In this document: in pieces, positions 15,001-27,000 of the stretch | Numbering within the stretch: the stretch's first letter is position 1 | How the letters are laid out: each line of letters opens with the position of its first letter | Assembly (NCBI GenBank): GCA_026387455.1 | Contig: JAPLLR010000046.1 | Coordinates: forward strand, 68,921-132,920 | Reading direction: 5' to 3' | Origin: Candidatus Omnitrophota bacterium | Lineage (GTDB): Bacteria > Omnitrophota > Gorgyraeia > Gygaellales > Profunditerraquicolaceae | Length of the DNA: 64,000 nucleotides | Notes under the pieces: model-generated | Seen by the model: only the letters and a program-made list of their open reading frames with translations | What the model was told of the DNA's origin: nothing | Databases searched by the model: none | Program-made: the position numbers and the translations under genes

Positions 15001-18000
15001 AAGAAAGTAGGCAAGATGTATGGCTGCGCACCATTAGCGCGATCTTAACCGAAGATCGCTATACCCAGCTGGAAAGTCATATACGTTTTCTATTAGTTAA
15101 CCCTCTAAATCTTGCGCCCCATAAGGAGTGGTTGGACTACTTAAGGGAAGCCTTAGTCAGATATACAAGGCAGGATGTCGAACCACGAGCCTTAACAGAA
15201 TCGCCTTTTAAGCAGTTTCTTTTAGATAAAACCAGAACTAATCTGCGAGAGCGGGTTTCAAAGGGCAACCTTAGTGAGCCCATAATTTTGTTTGAAGGAG
15301 AAAAAGATAATCCGGTTGAAGAGACATTGCGTGATGAGGTGATGTTGGTGAGAATAGGTAGGGCACTTCACCTTGAAGACGCTCTTGTAAACATTCTGCG
15401 CCCGATACTTAATATGTACGAAGGAAAGGCAGAGGTGGTGTTTACTTCCATGCCCAAACACTATGGTGCAACTGAACAGCATGCATTCAGCGCTCTCATG
15501 GAAAGAGTATCCGCGAAACTAAATATGGCGTTTATCAACGAGCAATTTTATGAAACAAGAAACCGCCCTGCTATGGGCACCTTCCCTTCGGCAGATCCTG
15601 ATGTACGCAGGGAGGCATTTATATACACAGATAAAACCGGCCAAAAGAGATGCATAGTTGAATTCGACAATTCCGGAAAGGTGGATATAAATGGAAAGGT
15701 GGTTATACTGGTTGATGATGTGCTTACCAGCGGTACCACCATGCAGGTCTCAAAGGATGTGCTGCGTAATGCCGGCGCAAGAGAGGTTATTCCCATAAGT
15801 TTGTTGAAGGCGCCTGCGTGGCATGCCTTGTGGGAAAAGAATGAAGCTAAGCGCACTATCCGTAAATACGTCTTGAAGCTTGAAGAGATACAGGATTGGA
15901 GAGGGGCAACCATGTCCTTAAAGACAATTCTAGATGAGCTAGAGGTGGAAGATGAAGTTATCTCTAGAGTTCTGGATAACCTAGCAATGAATCATGAAGA
16001 TCGGCGGCAGATTTTAAGCGGGCTGGGCACTCTTCTTTATACGGGTGATTTTCGCTTCAGCGCGAAGTATAAGCCAGTTCCTAGTTTAGCGAAAACAGTT
16101 GAGGTACAAAACCTTGATCCGGGATTGTTTTCATTTATCCATGGCATCCTGGATTTAGGAAGGTATTGCGGAACTAAAGGAGAATGGGCGCTTTTGTTCC
16201 ATACCGTAAAATACGATGAAGCTACAAAAACCTTCTTGCCTGGCAAGGAAGATATACTTACTACCCTGCAAACTATTTTAGAGAGCGATAAATTATTAAA
16301 ACCCATACTTCGTCCCCTTATTGATGTGGTAATAGATTCCAAGAACAAGCTAGAAAAGGAACATGATAAATATATGAGGTTGGCCTTGATCCTGAGTACT
16401 CTGGAAATGACAAATGAGTTAATCAAATATTTTATGGTGTTTCTCGAGGAGTATAATCCAGAGATTCAAGAAGTTGGCATATGGTCGTTAACCGAGCAGA
16501 TTGCAAGACGGTTGGATCAGATAGACGTGGATGAAAATATCAAGAAAGAAATCTTAAGGCGCCTTAGACATCTGGGTGTATGGACCGCTCCGGGTAGGTA
16601 TAGTTTTATTAGGTCACTCTTGCGCCGCCTGAACCTGGGTGTTTATATTAAGGAGGTTAACCGTATACGCAGGGAATACCAGATATACGGCTTATCCGAA
16701 TTTAGGACTTTTGAAGATGCGCAAAGACTGTTGAATAGCGTGACGCGGTTGTGGTGTACTGGCTTTAGAGCACTGCTTACAGAAAGGAAACAGCCGATTC
16801 CTGAAAAAGTAATTGCTATTATTGCTCAATGGATAGCGTGCGGGGGAGCATTTAAGATCCTTAGCTCCGGCTCGCTAGCAGGCCTGATAAGGGATGGTTA
16901 TAATAATATTGTATCGGATATTCGCTTGGAGTTAGCCAGGCAATTAGCCCAAAAGAATATTTCCCCGGATATCGATACCCCTGAAGCTTATATTGAAGAG
17001 CTGATGAGCTTTAGTATGTCCAATAGCGCAGAGAATTATACCATAAATGATGCCAGTGCAGTCGGATTGGAAGATCCTCGCCAGCTGCAGCTGAGATTAC
17101 CCTGCCCGGGTATACCGGTATCAGAAGCGGATAGAGTCCAGGCCATCTTCGAAAAACATGGGCTTAGGCTTCTGGCTAAAGATAGCCCTCAACAGATATT
17201 AGCGCAGAGTCAGAGTCCCATTGTTGTCGCGTTCTTCCTCTCGCGCGAAAAAGAATTTGAGAGCTATGCGGAATCATTGGTATTCCAAGATCTGGTAAAT
17301 GATGAGCTGCAAAAGAAAACCTGGGGTCTGTTTAGGCCGAGAAGATACGATATGCAGATAAGATGGCTTGGCGGCACCGAACAGAAGTATAATGCATATA
17401 TAATCATTGAGAATGGCCAGAACGGCGATAAAAAGAGAGAAATGATTGAGAAAATCGACGGCATAAAAGAAGAATTTATGCAGCATCTGCACGTTTTTTA
17501 CACGGGCGATAAGCCTTGGCTAGAAGAAAGAGACGGAAGCAGGGGTGACGACTACTCTGTATTTAAGTTTATGAGAGATAGGGCTGCCGAAATGGAAGCT
17601 TTTGAATCGCACAGTCCAGACCTAACCGTGAATATCATAGCCGGCATACTACATGTTATTTGCGAAGCGGAAGGATTCGATTTAAAGGCACTGCAGCCTA
17701 GCAGTGTTTTGCCGCAAGGACATCTGAATGACAAATCGCCTTCTGAAGAAGCAGCTACAGAACAAAGATTTGTTCATTACCCCAAAATATTGATAGCTGA
17801 TGATGAGTATCGTAACAGAGAGATGCTGGTTAAGCTTTTAAAGAGAAAGGGTTTTTCTGAATTTGGCACAGCAAGAGATGGGTTTGAGGCCATAGAAATC
17901 TTTCGCAAAGCTAAAGAAGAAGGAAAGCCATATGATATTGCAATTATTGATATCATGATGCCGAAAATGGACGGTATGGACCTGGCCAGACAACTAAGGG

Positions 18001-21000
18001 CTGAAAAACCAGACATCTATATCTTCGTATATAGCGCCATTTCCAACGAAGAACCACTTAGGAAATGTTTAGCAGAAGGACTATTTGATGGGATTTATAG
18101 CAAGCCAAGCTGGGATATCGTGGGTGCTTTGCATGGCGTAACTCTGCTTTTGCCTACTGTTGGCATGAGAGACAAATTTCTATCTCTCATGACGGCGAAA
18201 ATGCATAAACGTTCTATTGAAGAGATTATTTTACCCCTATCTCTTGTCCAGGAAGTATTAAATTCAGATCCAGAGCTAAAAGAAGCAGCACGCAATATCT
18301 TTGTGGCAGAGGGACCGGGGAAAATTTATTATGTCCTCAAGCCAGGTCTTGGAGGTATTCCGATATTGGAGGTGAGAGCAGGCCAAGAGGAGATGGTGGG
18401 AGGACTGATCACAAAATGCGAGCGTCTGGAAGGAGGAGCACAATCTCTGCCAGGCGTAAGCTTAGATTTTACCTTTTTTGCTTGGGCATTAGAATCTAGC
18501 TTAAGCATTGCAATATTTATTATATTAGCTTATCTAATCGCCTGCTATTATAAACAGAAGATACTGGATTCTTCTCTCACCAGCCGTGCTCCGCCATTTG
18601 TCCGGAAGACACTTAATTCCTCACTCATAGATTTACCCTCCATAAGTATGAGGAACAGTGTTTCCCTTTCCTCCCTACGAAACATCTCAAGTGAAAAACT
18701 TCAACATCTGTCCGCCGCATTGCTAATAGTAATGGGTATTGGTATGTTAATTTTCGCGGCATTTGGCCTTATAGAGCCGCTATCTTCTCTTACCGCATTC
18801 AGTTCACCTCTTCTGTTTGGTACAATTTCCCAAGGCCCTGCGCAGAAAGACGATGTAGAAATGGTGATATGGAAGGCAAAGTCTGCTGTGCAGTTAATGT
18901 CAGGGTACACCCACGATCTTAATAATTGCCTGCAACCCCTTATATTCTCAATCAGGTTTTTAGGAGAGTCCCACGGCAAAGAATCTGAGGCAGGAAACTT
19001 GATAAGGGGATTACATGAAGAGTTCGTTACCTTACGCAAAATTTTACAACCGCGTCCCATAGAAATAAATGCGGAGAATGCCGCAGATATACTAGCTCAG
19101 TGCCGCGACTTGGCAAAGAGACTATCTGCCTGGGGGAATAACCTTGATGAAAACGTTTTTATTTCCAAACTGATAAAGGTCCTACAGGTGGAAAGCCTGA
19201 ATCAAGAGCAGGAAGAGTTGATAGACCACATCAGAATTAGTATCAGGGATCTTAAGAAGCTAATACAGAATCTGGTAAGTTTTATGAGAGGTTCACCGTA
19301 TCTAGACCGGAATGAAGAGGTAGACATTAACCAGCTGCTAGAGAGGGTGACTCGGGATCTGTGTAAAGATGTAGAAATACAGTTATCTCTTGCCGAGAAT
19401 CTGCCGCATATCCGAGGCAACAGTGCTGAGTTGAAGAACGCATTTACGAACCTCATTCAAAATGGCATTGAAGCATTCCTTTATTCTGATATTCCCATTG
19501 AAAAACCGAATCTTATATGCGTTGGCACGAAGCTTTCCGCAGATCAAAAGCACCTTGAAATCGAGATAAAGGATAACGGGTCAGGGATCAGCAAAGAGGT
19601 TTTACCGCATATTTTCGAGCCCTGGCTTACTACAAAAAGCGGAAAGAGCGTAAAGGGCGGAAGGGGCGGAACTGGCATTGGGCTTACTATAGTCAAAGTA
19701 GTCGTTGAGTCTTACGGTGGTACAATTTCTGTGGATTCTTCCTACATAGGTAGCTGCCCGCAATTCCACGGAACCACCTTCACCATCCGCTTGCCGGTTA
19801 CGCAAACCCAGGTGAGAAACCCTGACTTGTTAGAAGAAAAGTCTTCTTCCGTATCAGGATTAAGCATAGGCGGATTTATATCTAAGGAAGCGTCCCCGGA
19901 CCGTAGCGCTGACAAAGACCAAGCCTCTACCCGCACCGACGAGCCGCTTGGAATGGCGGGAAGGATTATTAATTTAAGGGAGGTGGCAAAATGTCTATCT
20001 TACAGGACTTTGAAATCAGCCATGTATTACCTAAGCAGGATCACGTTATTGTGTATATCAAGCATCATTTATGGTGGAAAGAGTATTGTTTCTTGGTTTA
20101 TTCAGACGGCAGAGTCAAGGGAAAGGCCGGCAGCGGCCTGTGGCTTGACGCCAGCGAAGAGCTTAAGGCTATTCTCATCGCTAAGCTCAGGTCCCTTTAT
20201 ATTGAAAAGCGGAGTCTTATCTACCAGTAATTTGCTGGAATCTTGGCCGCTGCGGAATCAAACAGGAAATGGACTACCTTCCGTGGCTGGTGGGGTCCGT
20301 TCTCCTGCCGCAGCGGCCATAATTTTAATCTTTGTCGTAGGACTATTTCTCGCCGCGCTAGGAAATGTCGATGCCTCATTATACGCGGCGATAGGAGTTA
20401 TTGTATCCGGCCGCTCTGATAATGATAGGGCTAGCATTCTAGAGCAGGAATTACTGCGCGGCATAGAAGAGAGGACTCCCGCCCAGATCAAAAATAACAG
20501 AATGATAGATTTGACAACTACGGGAGAATTTAAGATTACACTCACACGGACGCATCTGGATGATTTTGATGAGAAGGATAACCCTGAGGGTCTGGGTTTA
20601 AGAAAATGGTTTGCCAAATACAGAAAGGAAGCGGAGATTTCTACCGCCGGTATCCGCGGTAATCAGAATATTAGCTATCCTCAGGATACCCGACCGCAAT
20701 ATCCTTTGCATCTTTTTGCTATTATGCTGGCTACTTTGGCCAAGGCAAGAGTAGCTAACAGCAAATATCCTGACAGAAGATTGCATAAGATAGCCGCTTC
20801 CGAGGTAAGGTATAACTCTCCGGCATTTGTAGAATTGATTGCCAGGATCCAGGCGCAGGAAGGCATAACCACGCATACGGTTAAAGATTATCAGACTATG
20901 CCGATATGGATGGTTTCTTTCCTGGCTTTCATGCTTGATTTTATCGGCGCTGAGTATGTGACTGCCAGCCACGCCATTGCCACTTTTATCGCTACCAAGG

Positions 21001-24000
21001 ATATCAATAATCAGGGAAGCCAGTACCTGCCCGAGGAATCCCTCGAGTTCGTCACAGAGATAGAAAATATTTTCAATATTATAGAAGAGCAGGGCAGCTA
21101 TACGATTACTATCGCGGCCAAAGATAACCCTTTGATCGACACCGGCCTTCTTTCGCAACTGGAAGACGGCATACAGCTTTATGTTGAATATTTAAGAAAA
21201 GGCGTTGCTACTACTGCGAATCTCGAGAGAATCAGGGGTATGAAAAATCCGGTGGTTGTTGATTGCGTGGGCGGATGCATGTACCGGACCATGTCCAGGA
21301 TCTTTAAGCATCTCGGCATCGACCATAAAATAAAGTTCCTGCATGCAACTGAAGATTCCTTCTTCCACGGCGTAGGCAAGCTCGATACTAACCCTAAGAC
21401 CGGAAACCGCGAGTTCTATGATCTATCGTGTGACTTAGCGATGACTAAGTTCAACAAGAAGACGCAGCAGGTCATCCTCCCCGTAGTGGAAATGACCGGC
21501 TATAGTGAACTTCTTAAAGACTATCCGGTGGGAACGGTGTTGTTGATGACTGACCCGGATGGGGACAGGTTAGTCACCGCCCAGATAGAATCCGCTAGCC
21601 AAGTCTCTTACTTACAGCGCCAGGGAATAGCATATATTGATATGGGTGGTTCACGGGTATTGGCTGTTTATACGCCAAACCAGTCGTTCCTTATGACAAT
21701 CGCCTATCAAAAGAAGGCGTTGGAAGAGGCCGGGCTATGGAATAAGTTCAACTGGTTTATGATAAAGACCACGCCTTCTTCAAGGGCCTGGCTTGAATGG
21801 GCAAAGAAAAACGGGGTGCCGGTAGTGGAAGTTCCGGTTGGTTTCAAGGAGATCGCCTCGGTATTAAGAAAAGTAGAATACAGCCTAAGAGAGAATCCCG
21901 GCAAAGATGTGGTCATCACCGATATTTACGGCAACGATATTAACTTAGGGAACAATCCCCGTCTACTTTTTGGCGGCGAGGAGTCAGGTGGGGAGATCTT
22001 TGGCCCGGCGGAGTTGATCAAGAGCGTAAACGGAAGATTGATTCTTGCCATGCGGGAAAAATCTGCCGGAGAGGCGATGGTGGTCACTTCGGCTTTGGCC
22101 GCATACGCTCAAAGCCGTGATCAGACTTTATCTCTCTATCTCCAAGAGATCTTTGAGGAGAATCAGATTATTTCACGGTTTGATTACCGTGCGGACGTCA
22201 TATATTTTAATCCTAATGAGAAAGATCCGCAGAAGCTTTTAAGTGAAATAGATGAAGGCTTGAAGATAAGAACCAAGAACGATACCTATTTTTTGAGTAT
22301 CGCTTTAGCTTTAAGAAGCGGATTGATCAATATAGGACAGGCCAGGGCTATTCTCAAAGAGGCGTTCAGCGAGCTGGATTTCACCAACTTAGAGGATATC
22401 CTGTTTGTGGGAGATGGCACATACCTTGTATTTAGTGATAAGTGGGTCGAGATAAGGCCGTCCGGGACAGAGGCAAAGAATAAGGGTTATGCCGGAGGCA
22501 CAAGCCTGATGGACTGCGTCAATTACTCAGAGAGGTTATCCAATTATTCCGGAGAAAGAAACAGTCTGCACGCGCAATTTATAAACGAAGGTTTATATAC
22601 AGAAGTAAAAAGCAGGGCAAATAAGATTTTCCAGGATTTTGCGCAAAAAGACGGTGATCCTCAAGGCTTCCAGCCGCCTGTTGATACGGAATATCTCACT
22701 CAATCCACTTCTGGTATGGATCGCTCTTCAAGAGGCCTTGCGGATGAGGCAGTGGATGCTGCAATTGAAGAGTTTGGCGGCACAAAGAATATCTGGAACC
22801 TGGGCAAGATTGACAATTGGATGTCGGTGCAGGTTATCGGTCTAGGCATCCGCGATGCCGCACGCAATTTAGACGCTACCAACCCTAACGCCATTGAGAT
22901 GCTATTGAGGGCGCGCGGGGTGCATTTTGCCCTTGCGCCTCCGGGATGGAAGATCGGTTCCTGCATCGGTTACCTCAATAATCAGCCCATCATTATTGTT
23001 TCAGAAGACGCTACGTATCAGGAAGTCGCCCACGAAATCCAGGCAGTACTAGTCCCCGCGTTAACACATAAAGAAAACCTAAAGATCGACAGCTTACAAG
23101 GCAGGCTTTATACGCTAAGAGATAGATATTTAATAAAGCGCATTGAGCAGGCCAAGAGAGGTGTCTTCGGAGAGATCAGGGATCGCAGTTCACGCAGCAA
23201 GGAGGGTATATTTCCGGGCTCGCCGATGCGAAGAGTCAAGCTGCTTCCTGCCGCGCAAGTTGAGCAGTTCAAGAAAAGAATTCTTGCTGCTCCGTATCTT
23301 TACTCCAGATTTGAAATAGCAGAACCCAAAGTACAAAGAGAGTCTACATCTACTCCCGTAAGATTCAAATGGAACCTGTTTGAAGAAGAGATAATATGCA
23401 TTGGTCAGCACGATGTAGAATTAATGCAAGAAGTGGCGCAGGCAGCCGAGTTCTTGCGCGCGCATATAGGAGACTTAAAGGAGGATCTCTCCGGCTTACG
23501 CGGTTACTATCAGCTTGATATAGAATTCCCCCACGAATTATACATAGAATTTACCAGCAAGTCAGATGCCGCAGCAAAGTTAGACACGACAGGCAGGTCA
23601 CTTATTGAAATTAATTGGTCGATAGTAAGAGATGATCTGCCTTTCAGGGCCAGAATTGAGCTGCTGGATAAGATTTTCTACTGCGCATATCCGCAGCGCA
23701 ATGTGCATAATCTTGTCGATCAATATTTTATCTCCCATCATGAGCACAGAATCAGTTTTATTGAGACTCTCTCTAAGATCTCCCTTGCTGAGGAGCCGCT
23801 ACGCAACTGGCAATATGCTTCTTCTATTATAGAGAAAAGTAAGGCAGTTTTTGTGCTCCTGCCAGTTAACAATGCCGCGGATAAACTGCCTGCCTGGTTT
23901 AAGAGAATGCATGAAGAGCTGATGAAGATGCCCAAAGATTTCCATTTTGAAGTGATTGTTTGCGATAATGGCTCAACTGATTCTACCCGCAAAGCGGTGT

Positions 24001-27000
24001 ATTCGATAATGGGAAATTACAGCAGGGGAGGCACCCTAAGGGTCACCTATATCTATACCCCCACACCGAATAAGATCGGAGCGGTTAATCTTATGTACAG
24101 AGAGTGCGTAACCAGATGTGCCCAAGAGAGAAGAAGGAATCCCAAATTGTCCGTATATTTGCATTTTGCCGACGACGATGCTTTTATGGCGGAATATCTG
24201 CCGGAGATAGACAGGGATAGATATGGATTAACCCCCGAGGAGGATCAGCTTTTAAAGGACGCCAAGACACAGATAGGTCGGAATATTGCGGTTTTGGAAA
24301 ACCCGGGGCTGGCGTATAAGCTCACCTGGGGTTACTTGGAAACTAAGAACGCGGCTGTAAGAAGGGAACTGGATAGCACAATTCAGTTATCTGGTACAAG
24401 TTTACGGGTAAGGGACGCGCTACTTTCCAAGGGCATACAGTGTGTAGGTACCACGCCCATAGCTCATAAGATAGATTTAAAGCGTACTCCTAAAGGTGTC
24501 TGGCGGTATTTCTTTGAGCATGTAACCAATGTCCGTAAGAGGAACTTCGGAGTTCCGGTTATACAAATTTACGGACAGTCCTATACGGTAAATCTGGATA
24601 ATTTCGTGGTTATCCCTGAAACTCTTGATTACGAAGACTGTTTTATTTCCGCGCATTTCTATCCGTATCTCGCTACAAATCCCGTTGCCTTGCATTATCA
24701 TTCCGAGCCGGCAACATGGAAGGTATTTTCAAGAAGGTTTATGAGGGATTTAATACACAGGAGCCATCTCGAAGAATACTTTAAAGGGACTAATCCCGTA
24801 TTAGAGAATAAATGTACAAGGTTTACGGCAATAAGGGAGTCTAGCCACTCTGAAATTACTAGGGTGATCAGGTCGACTGCAAAATGGCATTCTTCTTTAC
24901 GCATCCTTAATAGGGCCAACAAATTGTTAAAAGACATCCTTGTGTTTTTATACAGAAGAAAATGGATTCCTAAAGAGTTGAGGGATACGCGTAAGCTTTT
25001 CAGAGGCACAAACCTTCCGAACGACGTATTGCTTTTGCACCCTAAGGAGGAAGTCTTCGGGATAGTCACCAGAGACGGCGTGGTTTGGCCGGACAGGCAT
25101 TGCTTGTGGGAGGCAATTATTCTCGCAGGGCTGGATACCCGCGTCCAGGGAGAGATTTCATTCTCGGAAATCAAGGAGGCAATGGAAAGGGAATTACATC
25201 TTTCTGATAGGAATCAAATAAGAGAATTAGTCATAACGCTTGAGAAGATTTGGGACAAGGCGGGTAAAAACAAAAATGAAAGCATCCGCCTTCTTGAATT
25301 TGCTAGCCTCCTGGGTTCGGGTCTCGTAAAGATGGAAGGCTTCAAGATTATGGGTGATTATTTGTTGAATCGCAATTTGTTCTTACTTTATAACGGGGTT
25401 GTAAACAGGCAAGACTGGAGATTCTCTCTTGTTTGCCTGCTGAGGCTTCTTGATTTTATTCGTTCAGCAAACAACATCCAGATTAATGAGCTCTGCGGCG
25501 TCATCGTGAAGTCAAAGAAGAGTTGCCCTAGCATCATGACTATAGAAATTATGGGGCGTATCATGGAGTTAAGGGATACCTTCGCAATCGGGGAGAAAAG
25601 GTACTCTATAAAGAAAAAGATGGGCGGCGGTTTTGGTGTCTGGCGCGTTGCCGAAGAAGGCGCGTCTAATGAATATATAATGCGTATGGTTTTGCCTCAG
25701 GAACACGAGGATCTAATGCAGATGTACAGGCGTTATAAAGAGAACTTTATCTGTCCGCAAGCGTATGACCCAATATTTTCTCTGGAGGTGCTTCCTTTCT
25801 TGAACGCTACGCCGTTTAGTAGTTTCTCGGAAGAGTGGCACCGTAAGAAGACCTGGGTAGGCATCGCTATGCAATTAACGGATATCGTAGGGAAGATGCA
25901 TAAAGATGGCTTGATTCATGGAGATTTGCGCAGGCCCAACGCTTTAGTCTTCGGAGGAAGCTATCAGGAAAGAAGGATTATTTTGCTGAATACCGGCTTA
26001 ACCGAATGGAAGGATTATTTATCACCCGAAGCGGATATATTCGGCATAGGATGTATGCTTTACTACGCTTTTACAAATCTTGACCCGGCTTACTCTGAAT
26101 CCTATACCCCGATTATTACGATCCCGGCAAGGTTGAATCATATTATTTGTAAGGCGTTAGGCAAGAATTCCAATGAAAAATATTCCAGCATTACCGATCT
26201 GGGTGATGATCTGCGACGGTATTATGATACTACCGACCAGCAGGAAAAGGATAGCGCAGAACAGACAATTGCAGGCGCAAGGCGTGATTTATCCGTAGAT
26301 CTGAATATTCGTTGGCCAGGCGGGCATTTTGATATATCCCTGGATAACTCAGAAAAGATAAAAAGTTTCACCAGGGAAGATCTGGCGAAACTGATTCGCT
26401 ATCAGGATAGTAGTTCTGAGTGGGCGTATGTGCGCTTGAGCATACTCCTTTTAAATCAGTTTTTACAGCTTAACCCCGATGCGCACCATATCCTTATTGA
26501 TATTGCCAGGCAGCAAAATATAGCACTTCATCCTCAGGTTACAAAAGTTATTTTGGATAAGATTCGCGAAAGGCAGTCTACACTAAAGTTAGAGGGTGCT
26601 GATTATTCATTCCAAGATACCCTTGCGCCAAGGGTATTCAGGGTTAGGGATGCGCAAGGTACGTCTTATATCCTTAAGATATTGGATGAGCAGGAAGTAA
26701 GATTTACTAATATGGGCATCGAGAATTATTTGCTAATTTACGATAAAATTCTCGGAATCGCCACAATGAGGATATTGGGTGAAAGCCTGCAGCGATATTT
26801 TGCCAGGCCGATTAGCCTAGAAGAGATCAAGGAAAGAATAAGGAATTGTATTGAAGTAAGCAGGAAGGTAGATCAAATCAACTCCGGTAGGAACATGGAG
26901 ACAGGGGGGATAATTCATAGAGATGTGTTCCCTAATAATATAATGCTGGAGGCAGATAAACCGCGCCTTATAGACTTTGGGCTTGCTGAGGAGATAACAG

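Noticed and set aside
19940-19976. Putative promoter upstream of nested ORF 2 (TTGGAA ... TATTAA)
   Set aside because: The spacing between the candidate hexamers is about 13 nt, which is non-canonical, and the region is not notably AT-rich. It was not reported as a feature.
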